Of a stretch of DNA of 64,000 bases, positions 13,545-31,727 are shown one piece after another. The notes under the pieces were generated by a model, which saw nothing but the letters and a program-made list of their open reading frames with translations, did not search any database and was not told the origin of the DNA. A program made the position numbers and the translations under genes. Within the stretch, counting starts at the first letter, position 1. Each line of letters starts with the position of its first letter. The DNA comes from Octopus vulgaris (taxonomy: Eukaryota): NCBI GenBank assembly GCA_951406725.2, contig OX597835.1, positions 17,298,001-17,362,000 on the forward strand, in the 5' to 3' direction.

Positions 13545-13953
13545 CGCGCCAAAAGATTTCAGAGAAGAACAAGAGGTTTAGCCATCAAGATGTAACAAAT
13601 CAAAATTGGATTTTTCTTAAAGGATCGCATGAACAGTAGCAACGTGAGAATATAGGAAAAGGAAAAGTGTTAGTTAACGCAGTGATTATTTCTCCTTACA
13701 AAGCAGTTTGAGAAATGTCTGCCTTGTAGACAGAAGCCAAGGAATGGTAAAATTAGAGGAGAAGCAACATGTTTAAGGAAGGAATTGCTTTAAGCAACAA
13801 TACAGTAAGCCGGATAAAGCTGTACAATACAATGTGATTTTACAAATCTAAGATTTTTCCCATAATCCATAACAATTAGACAGTTTCAATAAGTTCTTAC
13901 GTTGCAATTAAGAGAACTCTTATACAATAGCAGTTCATACGTATATGTGTGCG

Positions 13954-14960
<1,007 letters not shown>

Positions 14961-15036
14961 CAATTATATGATATATATATATCCTTTATATATGTGTGTT
15001 CGTGTGTGTGTCACCGTGTGTGTATATATATATGAA

Positions 15037-15078
<42 letters not shown>

Positions 15079-15730
15079 AATCCATATAAAAATGCAAAAA
15101 TGTACGAGCCATTAAATACACGCCACTGTCGACACATAAGTACATATGCAGCTACAGAAGTGCATGTATATTTATTTGCTATACATGAACATATACATAC
15201 GCATACACAGGCATAATTATACATGAACATATGCACATATGTGTGTATTTGGATTTACTAAATATACATATATACATATATATGTATATATATATATTTA
15301 TAAATATATGTATATATATATCCACACATGGAAAGAGTTACCTATACATACATATATATGTATACGCACTTATAGACGTAGATATGCATACATACATGCA
15401 TACATACATGCAAGCATACATATATACATACTTATATATATCCCCATATATAGACACACTAACTGATTCATGCATACAACATGAATGAATATTTATGTTG
15501 GAATGGAGTTAGTTTTATCACGCTGTTCCAAGTCGTGTTTCCTGCATCCAGCTACCATTCCTCGCGATCGATAACAATGCTTTGTTCCAGATGGTGCCAT
15601 GCGAACACACACTCACACACACAAATACACACACATACATAAATACACACACACATCTTACGAACAGGCATAACACACATCCTCTCACACACACTCATAC
15701 ACACGCACAAACGTGCACATAAAGGTTTAT

Positions 15731-16712
<982 letters not shown>

Positions 16713-16940
16713 TGGTGTTAAGGTATTAAGCCGAGGAAAATGTAGTCTGGAACCAAAGCTGTATTTGCACTGTGCAGTAATGTAGGTTGTTGAGATCACG
16801 TCTAGCCCGAGGTTATATAACGAATATACTCCTACATTATACTCACATGTATATACTCATACATTATACTCCTACACAATATACAATATACATTACACAC
16901 ATGTTTGTGTGTGTATATATATATGTGTGTGTGTGCGTGC

Positions 16941-16990
<50 letters not shown>

Positions 16991-17077
16991 GTGTACACTA
17001 CACACAGACACGTATACGCACACACACACACACGTATACACACGCACACATAAGCACACATACATACATATGTGTGA

Positions 17078-17322
17078 AGGCGCGTGGCCTAGTGGTTAGG
17101 CTGTTGCATTCAGGCTCATTAGATCGTCGGTTCGATTTCGAGATAGGGCGGTGAGATTTGTTGTTGAGTAAGACGCTTTACCCCTTTTGTACCCCTTTTG
17201 ACCAGTGGTGGTAAGTGTTGGTCTCTTCGTTTAGTCAGTGCTGTGGCCTCATTCGAAGGCTAAAAAGAGGCAAAGTACATTGTGACAAGCGATGTCCCAA
17301 CAAATTCTAAATGTCTGCTTGG
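17078..17322 (+). mobile_element. tRNA-derived SINE (diverged)
   Basis: ggcgcgtggcctagtggttagg (A box) and ggttcgattt (B box), followed by a non-tRNA body. Confidence 0.7.
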
Positions 17323-17501
17323 TACACACACACACACACACACATACACACAGACACGCACTCACGTATACACGTACACACACACACACACGCACGCACA
17401 TACATAGATGTTGGTCTCTTCCGTATGCGTGTCCATCTATCTGTTTGTCAGCGTGCATCCATGTGTTCTTTGCTTCTTTTCGTATATTATCTATGTATGT
17501 A

Positions 17502-17632
<131 letters not shown>

Positions 17633-17633
17633 A

Positions 17634-17698
<65 letters not shown>

Positions 17699-17720
17699 TA
17701 TATATATTTATATATATAGA

Positions 17721-17796
<76 letters not shown>

Positions 17797-17934
17797 GGTA
17801 TATGCATGCACATAGATATATATATGTATATGCAACTATACCTCTGTATGTATGTACTTATGTATCCATATATCAACCTGCATATCTATATACGTATATA
17901 TATTTGCGTGTGTGTGTGTGCGCGCGCGTGACTG

Positions 17935-18690
17935 TATGAAATGGAAGAACAATAGAACAAGAAAACGGAGGAAGTGGAATTGCGTGGCTAATTCATGTAA
18001 CAAACCCGGAATGTTGGTAAGTAAAGAACGCTGGCTCTGATTGTTGGACGGAGAATTGAAACGAAAGAGGAAAACGTTCATTTTAGCTGCTTAGAAGAAA
18101 TGTGAGAAAGGCAAAGACTGGCAAAACTCAAAGAGCCAATGTAGAACCTGCAGGAAGAGGGACAAATGTATCTCTTACCTTTAGGATGAGTGCAGTACAT
18201 TGGAACGAAAAGAGTATAAGTGCAAAAGATTGGGATGTATGCCAAGTGCGGAGCCTCAAAATAACAGGAAACATGTATAAACACAAACCAAGGACTGAAA
18301 GACAAACTGAGAATTATAGAACCTTCTGGGGCCGTAATATTGAAACAAGATGCCCAAATATGATTATAAAGAACTAAGCAATCAATGTAAATCGCAGATT
18401 TTGAAATGCCCTATGATCGCAAAGTCAATGACGAAGAAACTGAAAGACTTTTGACATATCAAGATCTAACCAGAAAGCTGAGGTCACCGTGGAAGGCCAA
18501 CACAATAAGTATCACTGAAGTAAGAGGTGCATTTGACACATATCACCCACTAAAAATGCGTTAAGCAAGTGTACCTGTTTGGGATTCGAAATCAGACAGT
18601 ACCCTGCTGGAACGAAAAAGGAAATACATTTGCTTGAAGCTAGAACGGCACTCCCAGCTCGGTAAGATTGCTTGTACTGAATATTTATTT
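17935..18690 (+). mobile_element. Decayed R4/Dong-like (RLE-type) non-LTR retrotransposon, 3' part of ORF
   Basis: Frameshifted translation gives LRG*FM*QT..RWL*LLDGELKRK..FILAA, CRTC (zinc knuckle remnant), YKHKP..ENYRTFW, ADFEMPYD..EETERLLTYQDLTRKLRSPW..RGAFD. This is the motif order of R4-clade C-termini. A (TAA)n tract follows at ~18835. Confidence 0.8.
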
Positions 18691-18834
18691 TCCTTTTATT
18701 TGACACAAACTTTGAAGGAGAGAACAGTAGAAACAAGAATACAAGAATACACATGCAAAAACGAAGAGGAATTTACATGGGGTGAAATGGCGAAATCAAC
18801 AATAACTATAAACACTGCGTAATAAATAAGACGC

Positions 18835-18890
<56 letters not shown>

Positions 18891-19647
18891 GAATAATAAT
18901 AATAATAATAATAATAATGAGAATAATAATAAAAATAATGTATCACAATAATAAGTATCTTGATTTCTTGGCTATAGAAGGCAAGTTTGAGAGAAAATAA
19001 CTGGATATTTGTAATAAAAGTTGTTAACAGCAAAAATGGCGGTATTTCTTCTACCAAACATATTATACTGTAATCATCGTTTCAATAACGTGACCTTAAT
19101 AACATTTGACCGCACAATCTCTAGCTTAGGCATCGTCTATTACCATCAGCACCAACGTAATCATTACGTCAATCTGAATGACCTTACACAACTCACTGAG
19201 TCTGTGAAAGTTAGTGTTTTTGTTTACCCTACCTCGGTTCCACCCGTTCCATCCCTTTTCTCCCCCCACCTACATCATCATCATCGTATCTTAATCTTCG
19301 TCGTCGTCGTCGACGATTCATTGGTTCTAGCATTACGTACAGACAGCCATAGTCGTAGTGTTCTCTGTTCAGCAGATCCATCCATAATTTATATAACTTC
19401 AATTAACCAACCAAGTGATATTTAAACGATATTCTTTGAAGGCAAGCCGAAGCGAATTGATGAAGTGTGTTGAGCTATTCGCCTGTCTATCATGGCAAAA
19501 GTCACAAATCTATGGATGGAACTAAAGAATCTTTATCGAACATATTACTGATTCAATTAATGCTGCCTGCAAACGAATTATTTCCTCCAATGAAATCTTT
19601 CGCTTATTTTGTTAATCGCATCAACATTCTGCAGGCGTCTTCTTTGA

Positions 19648-19693
<46 letters not shown>

Positions 19694-19712
19694 TGATTCT
19701 AGTTTCAGCTCA

Positions 19713-19766
<54 letters not shown>

Positions 19767-19775
19767 ATATGTATG

Positions 19776-19848
<73 letters not shown>

Positions 19849-20964
19849 GTATGTATTATATATATATGCATTTATATGAATATATGTATATATATATATA
19901 CATATATGTATATATATATACACATATATATACTCACATGTATATATATATATTGAGAGAAAGAGAGAGAACGAGAGAAAGATGCATACATCATATTATA
20001 TCATATAGTCTACGCTGTGTAACGGAAAACTGGTTCCAATAGCGGGGAAAATATTTGGTAAACAGAATACTATAATAAATATTATAGCACATGTCTGTGT
20101 GCATAAGTGTGTGTGTACATACATAATGTAAACCCATGAACATATATACATATATACATATACGTACGTATACATGTACACATGTGTACATACATTATAC
20201 ATATATGTAATTATGTATACGCTAGTTCACATTTGTGTCTCAGTGTAGTGTGTGTAACTTTTTATTAATATATAAGTACATGCTGCGAAAGAGGTAGAAT
20301 ATTGGATGGCTACAATGAGTGTATACGCACACATACGTACACACAGAGGCACGAGCACAAATGCAGATACACACATACAGCAGATGCACCGTGGTGAAAT
20401 GAAAAAAGAAATTAACTTCACACTGCACGGATTCTTGGTTCGATCCTTCTCTGTGGTATTTTGGGTAAATAAATTTAGACATGGGAGTCAAATTTGGTCA
20501 ACTCTGGTAAACGGAAAGTGTATGTACATTCACATATCAATTATCAACAGCTGTTTCATTAAGATAAACATCATAACATCCATGATTACAGGGTTGACAT
20601 GCAAGTTAAGTTTAAATGAATTTAAACGCATTATTTACCCAACTCATCAGCGCTCTAGTTACCCAACTTATCAACCGTATGTGTTATGTTATACATAAAT
20701 ATATGACGTAATATAATACAATATATTATAATATAATATAATATAATATAATATAATATAATATAATATAATGTAATATATATATATATGTGTGTGTACA
20801 CACATAAATATGTGTGTGTTTATTTGAGCACGCAGGTGTGTATAGGTGAAATGGCGTACTTCCGTGTATAGACGCTTTCACGTTCTCTTACATTTTCTAA
20901 TCTGTATATATAATACATACATTTTATTCAGTATTTCATAATGGTGGATGTAACTTCCATGCCT

Positions 20965-21005
20965 CATCATTATCGTCGTCGACGTCGTTGTCGTTGTCGT
21001 CGTCG

Positions 21006-21091
<86 letters not shown>

Positions 21092-21231
21092 GTCATCATC
21101 ATCATCACTAGTACCACAACCATCCTCCGCTTCATCCACGTCCTCTTGCGCAGTAAAATTCTCGTATTTCTTCTTTTCACGATCATTATCATTACTAACA
21201 GCAGCATCACCAGCATCAACATCAGCATCAC

Positions 21232-21304
<73 letters not shown>

Positions 21305-21340
21305 GTTATTATTATTTTTACCAATATCATTTCTTTACTT

Positions 21341-21375
<35 letters not shown>

Positions 21376-21435
21376 TAGTAGCAGCAATAGTAGTAGAAGT
21401 AGTAGTAACACTATTATTGTTGTTGTTGTTGATAT

Positions 21436-21481
<46 letters not shown>

Positions 21482-21482
21482 A
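20965..21482. repeat. Compound (CAT)n/(TAT)n/(TAG)n microsatellites
   Basis: Direct inspection. Confidence 0.95.
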
Positions 21483-21734
21483 TTATACCCCCGTACTGTA
21501 AACATTTGTTCTAATGGCGGTGCCAGCTACTTCCAGCCTGAATTTACCCAGTTAATCCGCATATAATAGGACGTTGATCCGTGTCAACGTATTTAATGTG
21601 TCTCGTCCCATCTCAGATGGCTGAACGGACAAAGGCAAGATTAAGCCCGGCTTCTCGTCCAAATCTTCTAGTGGACAGGCATGTTGATATGTAGCATATA
21701 TTTTATATAGTTTACATTCTGTATGCATATGTAC

Positions 21735-21797
<63 letters not shown>

Positions 21798-21861
21798 TAT
21801 ATCGTATGGGCATTAATACCGATTACATTTTCTGTGTTTATATAATATAATATAGTTTATA

Positions 21862-21907
<46 letters not shown>

Positions 21908-22214
21908 TTATGAGAGTGTGCGTGCGTGAGCGCGTATTCGTTATTTATATATGTATGTACTTCTCTGTCTATCTATCTATCTATCCCTGCACAATGTTAT
22001 GGCTGCATAAATATGCTTATAGTAAATATTTTTGCCTGTCTGTATGTACGCAGACACATGTACACACATATATACATATATATTCATTATATACATACAT
22101 ACACACACTTATATATATATATATGTGTATATATGTGAACGTTTGTATATATTTCAATATATGGTTATAACCTATAAGTGAATATGCATGTATGCATGTA
22201 AATATGTGCGTGTT

Positions 22215-22345
<131 letters not shown>

Positions 22346-23728
22346 AAGACAGTGAGAGAGAGAGGGTCGACGGGAGAGAGTGTACGAAGCCAACACATTC
22401 GTTATTGATAAGAAATCGATTTTAGTTATTATTATTATTATTATTATTGTTGTTGTTGTTGTTATTATTAATGCTACTGGTAATAGCAAGAACAGCAACA
22501 AAAGATAAAGGAAGAATTAGGAAGACGGAAAAAGAAAGAGAAAAATATAATAGTGAAAGTGTAAAAAGTATGAGAGAAAGAGAAAGAGAGAGAGAGAGAG
22601 TGATAGAGAGTGAGAGAGAGAAATAGAGAAAGAGAGGGAGTCAAATGACTGTTTTGGCTTAATTAAAAATTCTGTCCCGTCTGCTTTTCTTAATCACATT
22701 ATTGATCATTAATGTGTAGACACAGTTTAAACAATAAATAAATAAATAGGTAGATGAATAAATAAGTAAAAGATATATTTGAGTTCGTGACAAGTGCGAG
22801 GTTTCAATTTTATCGGAGTGCGGTTGGTTGAAGTTAGTCGGGAAGGAATGTATTTGTCTTTGTCATTCGTTTTTGTATTTTACCAGAACGTTTCTTTTTT
22901 TTTTTTTTTTCATGTCTATATTTACATTGAATATACATTTATATGAATTCCTGTTGACTTAATCTCAATTTATTGCGAATTTGAACCGGAACCGAAATGG
23001 GAGAGAGAAATAAAAAAAATATATATAAATACTATACGCGATAAGTACGTTGGGTTGTATGAAGTAAACATGTACAAGATATTTACATGAATATTGTTTG
23101 GAGAACGAGTTGACCCTTATCCTATAATACCCATAATGATCCCAAGTTCGACTTCGATTTCATAATATTTATTTATTTTTGCCTTATTTCAATTTAGTTT
23201 CTCTCATTTTTGCTGCGGTTCGACAGGGTAGATGTTTGAATGACTATGGTCTCAATATCATGTTAAACACAAGCGCACAAATACACACACACATACACAT
23301 GCACAGCCACATGCAGATTTACAATCGGGTAGGTGCGTTTGTGTCTGCATGTATGTTAACATATGTTTGTGCCTAAGTAACACTTAGTTATGTGTAGAGG
23401 TGTGCGTGCATCTGCGTGTATGATAGTTTGTCGGTTTGTGTGTGTCTGACAGTGTATATTTGTCTGTGTGTGTTCGAGTCTGTTCATGTGGGTGTATATT
23501 TTTGTGTGTGTGTGTATGTTTAAATGCACCACATATTGATTGTTATACGAGCGATCGTGATATAATGTGGTGTGTAGAGTTGATTGCATTTATATCGTTC
23601 AGACTACGTTATGAGGAAGGTAATGTTATTCTCACAGGGACATATACACACACATTAACAAATACATACACCAGTAGGCATTAACATATTGACACTAACA
23701 CACACATTTTGACGTCTATATACATACA

Positions 23729-23960
23729 AGGCGGTGAGCTGGCAGAAACGTTAGCGCGCCGGGCGAAATGCATAGAGGTATTTCGTCTGTCGTTACGTTC
23801 TGAGTTCAAATTCCGCCGAGGGCGACTTTGCCTTTCATCCTTTCGGGGTCGATAAATTAAGTACCAGTTTCGCACTGGGGTCGATGTAATTGACTTAATC
23901 CCTTTGTCTGTCCTTGTTTGTCCCCTCTATGTTTAGCCCCTTGTGGGTAGTAAAGAAATA
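23729..23960 (+). mobile_element. SINE family B, full length, with 12-bp TSD
   Basis: ggcggtgagctggcagaa (A box), gagttcaaattcc (B box), gcctttcatcctttcggggtcgataaa core. Flanked by tatatacataca at 23717-23728 and 23961-23972. Confidence 0.93.
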
Positions 23961-24311
23961 TATATACATACATATAGACGTGCAGATGCACATTATACCT
24001 GTCCTAAGACACAGATATTCAAACTTAACATTATTATACACAGATTAACAAACATACACACAGAGATAAGGTTTCCATTCACAGGAGTAGCGTTCTGCCA
24101 CTGTGCCTTCATACTTGCACGAAGTTGGTCCCGATTTGGTGGAGTCAATTTTGCTTAAATCTTTGAAGCAGAACTGGCGGCGAGTCCTGCAATATGGTGC
24201 TTTATTTTCATAGGAAGAAAAGGAAATATTGTAGTGCTTCAGATTGTGTTTTAGCTTGAGCTTGAAACGCAAGAATGGCTTTCCAATTGTCATATACATA
24301 GTGAGAGAGAA

Positions 24312-24352
<41 letters not shown>

Positions 24353-24359
24353 CGATGAG

Positions 24360-24500
24360 CTTGTCTCAGTTTTCGTCCACCAAATCTACTCACAAGGCTT
24401 TGGTCGGCGCAAGGCTATAGTAGAAGACGCCCAAGATGCCATGCAGTGGCACTGAACTTAGGACCTTGGGGCTGGGCAGAAAAAATCTTATGACATAAGC
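24360..24500 (-). mobile_element. SINE family A, 5' half
   Basis: caaatctactcacaaggctttggtcggc...gctatagtagaagac...gcagtggcactgaac. Confidence 0.85.
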
Positions 24501-24537
24501 ACGCATGCGTCAGTACGCAGGCACACCACACCATCGA

Positions 24538-24605
<68 letters not shown>

Positions 24606-24670
24606 TGGACTAAACACATAAATGTGAAAGAAGGTGGAAAAAAGAGTACTCAAACATCAGAGGTAGAGTA

Positions 24671-24784
24671 ATATGCTATATTTAAAAGCTGCAGAAATGT
24701 AACAATAGCTGTTACTCGGAGTTTCGCGTGAGACTCCGAGTAACAGCTATTGTTAAATTTCTGCTCCTTTTAAATAAAGTATAT
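24671..24784. repeat. Near-perfect palindrome (~55-bp arms, 4-nt loop)
   Basis: gcagaaatgtaacaatagctgttactcggagtttc-gcgt-gagactccgagtaacagctattgttaaatttctgc (2 mismatches in 35), extending outward with more mismatches. Confidence 0.95.
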
Positions 24785-24905
24785 ATATTTTGACGTCATT
24801 ACTTATAACGGATTATTTTAAATAAATACTCATTATCACTGTGGAAACCATGTAGGCAGACGGTAAGAAGCTTTTGTTCGTCTTGAGGCTGATAGAGGTT
24901 CCTTG

Positions 24906-24991
24906 TATTTCCTGATGAGAAGACAGCATAATGCAACCCTCATTCCGTCGGAATTAAGAGTATGCAGTCTTCGAAACATATGTCGAAAGTA
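24906..24991 (+). ncRNA. Type I hammerhead ribozyme (Penelope-type, minimal stem III)
   Basis: Stem I tttc/gaaa; CTGATGA 24912-24918; stem II gaagac.gcata/tatgc.gtcttc; GAAA 24973-24976; stem III C-atat-G; cleavage triplet GTC ending at 24984. Confidence 0.8.
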
Positions 24992-25073
24992 AAGAAATTT
25001 TGTTAAAATCTTCGTTCGACTCCATTCTTTTCAGTTATTCATATATATATATATATATATATATACACTTATA

Positions 25074-25120
<47 letters not shown>

Positions 25121-25236
25121 CAGATGCATACATACATACATACCGACATACATACACATATGTATATATATATATATATATATATAATACACACATACAC
25201 ATACCACATACATACGTACATATATATATATATGTA

Positions 25237-25276
<40 letters not shown>

Positions 25277-25288
25277 CATACATATGCA

Positions 25289-25352
<64 letters not shown>

Positions 25353-25658
25353 CGCACACACAAATACGAAGTAAAGTTATGTAAGGCATGGCATATGACG
25401 CCTTCTTATATCCCCTCTTATGACATTGTGACTGTGCCACATTACTGACTGGTTATTTCCATATCTATTCAACATAACCTGTTTTATCATCTTGTCTACA
25501 TGACTGACCACCCTTTACACGTCAAAAACACCCCGGCCTTTTATAACGAATTATAACACCTATTATTTCTTTCCTTAGACACCCTTGCAGCCATAAACAC
25601 ACATGGAAACACGCTCATATACATATCAGAACATACCTTTTTGCTAAGAGATGTTTTC

Positions 25659-25699
<41 letters not shown>

Positions 25700-25846
25700 C
25701 ATATGTGTTTGTGTGTGTATGTGTAAATATAACTACACACATATACACGTACGTCTATACTGTATTATATATATATATATGTATAACTACAGATATACAC
25801 ACACAAACATATATATACATATATATATTTACACATACATACACAC

Positions 25847-25918
<72 letters not shown>

Positions 25919-25944
25919 CCACACATACACATATATATGCATAC

Positions 25945-26002
<58 letters not shown>

Positions 26003-26589
26003 ATATAGGTATACATACACATGTATCTGAATGTACATATGTCTTATAAGTTCCCCCTTTCAGTGTATTTGAACCAATAGAAAACAAAGAATTAACAGTG
26101 CCAGTCGCATAAAATTCAAAAAATTTTACCAATTTTCTCCTTCGTCTTCTACTTTTATACTTAACGTTCTTCAGTACAAGAAATTTTGGTATCACCTACG
26201 CTAAACTATTTCTTACTTTCGGTATTCTTGTTATTCCTCATTTCTCTTTTTTTGTTCTTGTTTTTTTTTTTTTGTGTGTGTTCTCTCCTCTGCTCGGTCT
26301 TTCAAAGAAACTTCTGGATTGCAAAGAGCTGTCACGCACTATATTGATACATAAACTATAAATAAGATCAGTCTACCTTTTGTCTGTCCGTAAGGAATCG
26401 ATGAATTGACGGACAATGATTTCAGACTTGTTAAAGAATTTTCTTTTGTTTTTACTATCTTTTTGTTTTTTTGCTCTTGCAGCTGTTGTTGATGTCACTG
26501 TTTTGCATTTTATATTGCACTTTATTTTATTTTATTTTATTTTATTTTATATTAGGAGATTTGTTGAAGTCTTGAAGACACATGCTAGT

Positions 26590-27190
26590 GCATACACAGT
26601 TTTGTTCTTGATATTGTTGCTGTTGTTGGTGGTGGTTATGGCTGTGATGTTGATCGGCGTTGCTGTTGTTGCCGGTATTGCTGCTGCTGTTGTTGTTGTT
26701 GTTGTTTTTGTTGTTCCTGTTGTCGTTGTTGTTGCTTTTTTTTGTTTAATTCCAGAATAGTCTTAGACTGTTTATGAATAGATTCTGTCAGAAGTAACCG
26801 TGTTGTGACCTGGACTCGTAAACACACTCAACAACGAAAAAAGCGAATGGGAAGGACAGAAAACGTAACTGCTCTGATGATGATGACGATGATAATGACG
26901 ATGATGAAGTGGAGGTTGAGGAGGAGGGAAGATGATAATGATGGGAATGACATAACTACTGCGGCTGCTTACGGTGATGATGATGATGATCATGGTGATC
27001 ATGAGATTTAAAATAATGTTAATGACGATGATAACGGCAATGAGGATGATGATGACAAAAACTATGATGACGAGGAAGACAATGATGATAATGGTGACGA
27101 TGACGGTAATGAAAACGACGACGATGATGTTGATGATGACGATAATAATAATGATGATGAATATGGTGACGGTGAAGAAGTGGGTGGCGA
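26590..27190. repeat. Degenerate (GTT)n and (GAT)n trinucleotide tracts
   Basis: Direct inspection. Confidence 0.85.
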
Positions 27191-27324
27191 ATGACTCTCG
27201 CTATTAAACATCCGGGAAGTTTATTGAAACCCCGTATTGGCTTTTAAATCATCAGTTTCCTATATTACAAGTGACGGATTTTATCCTTGCTTGCTGTTGA
27301 CGAAGGGTTGCGTCAGGGATAAAT

Positions 27325-27366
27325 AATACTGACGAAGCTTAGTTAGGCTGAAATGCACATCGACAA
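27325..27366 (+). ncRNA. Hammerhead-like motif with intact core and decayed stem I
   Basis: CTGACGA 27329-27335, stem II agctt/aggct, GAAA 27350-27353, tg-ca-ca, TC. The flanks do not pair well. Confidence 0.5.
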
Positions 27367-27549
27367 TTCGCATTTGCGGTGTTGGAACACGTTCATCCAC
27401 AATAAATATTGACTTTAAGCATAAGAAATATTAACATCGTGGTTAATATGCCTTTTCGTTATATATCCGGATTAAGTATGTTATTTAGATATGTGGCTTA
27501 AACACATACTGCTTCTGCTGCACAAAACGAATATATATATGTATATATG

Positions 27550-27948
27550 TTCTTTTACATGTTTCAGTCATTTGATTGCGTCCATGCTGGAGCACCGCCT
27601 TCAGTCGAGCAAATCGACCCCACGACATTCTTTATAAGCCCAGTACTTATTCTATCGGTCTCTTTTGCCGAACCGCTAAGTTACGGGGACGTAAACACAC
27701 CAGCATCGGTTGTCAAGCGATGTTGCGAGGACAAACACAAACACACAAACTTAAACACACACATATATATACATATACATATATACGACGGGCTTCTTTC
27801 AGTTTCCGTCTACCAAATCCACTCACAAGGCTTTGGTCAGCTCGAGGCTATAGTAGAAGACACTTGCTCAAGGTGCCACGCAGTGGGACTGAAGCCGGAA
27901 CCATGTGGTTGGTAAACAAGCTACTTACCACACAGCCACTTCTGCACC
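27550..27948 (-). mobile_element. SINE family A, full length
   Basis: Collinear reverse complement of 37335-37754, including the internal (CA/TA) microsatellite. Confidence 0.95.
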
Positions 27949-28708
27949 TATATATAAGTGTGTGTATATATATATATATTTACGTATATCTGTGTTTGTC
28001 TGTGTTTGTGCATGTGTATGTGAATGTGTGTGTTACGTCTGTTATACATACATATGTCTGAATTTACGAACGTGACTCAGGTAGTAACCCAATTTTTATT
28101 TGCATTACTTTATATACATTGTTGCATTCAAACACCTACACACAGACACTCACACACACTCACAAACATGTATACGTAACTGGTCTGTTATTCATTTTAA
28201 GGTTAGCTAACTCGAGCTAGAAGAAAAATATGTTCAATTCAAACACACACACAATCACAAAAATCCAAAAAATAAAAGATCAAACCATCATCCGTCCGAG
28301 AATCGAAACAGATATCATACGACAGTAAATCCACATCATATCCACTAGACTACAAACCTTATTACACGGAAATAGATATACACACACACTTACAAGCCAC
28401 ATATACATATGCATAAATTATCTACAGGAATATCGATAGAAAGCAATGAAGATATATCGATTAAATGAACTCGTAACACATCATTATAAATATATTAAAG
28501 AATATTTTTGCATTAGCTTTTCTTACAGAATGGTAATCAGCAATTCTTGAAAGCTCCATGCGAAAAATCATAAATACACACATACACACACACATATATA
28601 TATGTATATTTACATATATACAGATACACACATACATACAGACGCACACGCACACACTCATATACATATGCATGTATATATGCACAGGTGATTACTTACA
28701 CAGACACG

Positions 28709-30256
<1,548 letters not shown>

Positions 30257-31199
30257 TTAGTGTGTGTGTGTGTGTGTATTAATGTCAATTAACAATGCTA
30301 ATATTTTCCTTGAAAGCTGGAAGTACACATGCGCCAACTCGCATGTACGGACACATACGGTCACACGCACACATACATGTGCTTATTGGCAACGAAATAT
30401 AGCGACCCAAGGGCCTGCAGTTCCGTGACAAGTCATTTCAAATAATTCACTTATCATACTGTAACATCATTAATATCTTGTCATGAAATTATACACTCTT
30501 TAGTCGCTGAACGGACTCGACTGATGTGTGTGTGTGCGTGCGCGTGTGTGTGCGTGCGTGCGCGTGTGTGTGTGTGCGTGCGCGTGTGTGCGTGATGACT
30601 GTCAATCCGTGACTGAGGAGGAATGTCACTCATCGTTGTCCATGCCAAACGCCAGAACGAGCATGATTGAGGTTACTGCACCAGCAGTTAGCCTTACTCG
30701 GGTTCGCGTCCGCTAGTTCCATACCTGCCTCAACATACTCCTACTCGACTGCGTCGGCCTTGATTAATCGGCCTAAACTGTCAGGTCCAATAAGGCTGAC
30801 ACAAAATCTCACAGACACTCGAAAGTTTATTGACATGCTTTCGAGACAAGCCAGTATGGATTCTGGGATTACCATGATCTCAAACAGAACTGAAAGATCC
30901 CTAAAATATTCAGTTCCATTCCCTGCATATCTGGTTTTATATCGGAGTCACCTTCTGATATATAGATGTTAAAACGTGTCATAGACACATATTTTAATAC
31001 AAACACAAGCACACACGCGCGCGCACACACGTGTGTGTGTGAAAAGATCTACATAACTGTTCAAGGATACCACATGCAAGTCTTGCTACTCGTCTCCATT
31101 TTTGGATCTCACCGATGGAAAATGTCTGCCATCCAGTGATCCAAAAAATAGCGAGGATTACGTAGATTTAGTTAATAGAAGTCGATTTTCTAAAGAGAA

Positions 31200-31465
31200 C
31201 GATACGCTAAGTGCGAACCTCCTTCTACATATATAGAAAAGTACAAATGCATTATGTTGGCAAGGCGTAAATGGGAATTGTAGATCACCTGCACACCATC
31301 AATGTACATAAGACGTGGGACAAGTCACACCTTATGTAGATTGATTAAAGCGATACAACCTATGTGTAACCGAAAAACTTTACATCGTCTTTTGATCAAA
31401 ATATTTCCCGACACTACATGACTCCAGATCTCAAAACGTTTAGCAAATGCATGCATATATACAAA
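31200..31465 (+). mobile_element. Decayed Penelope-like element, C-terminus after the GIY-YIG domain
   Basis: Translation RYNLCVTEKLYIVF...HDSRSQ..FSKCMH resembles the PLE C-terminal CxLCxxEKxxI...LNxRxE..xKCRH pattern; STYI..VKWE lies upstream. Confidence 0.6.
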
Positions 31466-31686
31466 TCGGTTTTGTAGACCTGGAAAACATCAGTCTCTCG
31501 GATTGAGGGATGAATAAATCTCCCGAATTATTGAGTCTCAAGTGTATAAAGTATTAATAGTTCATATTTAAATACTTTTTATATTAAATAATACATACAT
31601 ACTTACATACATATATGCATACATGCATACATACATACAGGCATGCATACTTACATACAGGCATACATACATGCATGCATGCATAT

Positions 31687-31727
<41 letters not shown>

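Noticed and set aside
30600-30972. 101-aa ORF in unique-looking sequence
   Set aside because: No recognisable motif or clear exon boundaries; next to a Penelope remnant and may be decayed TE sequence.
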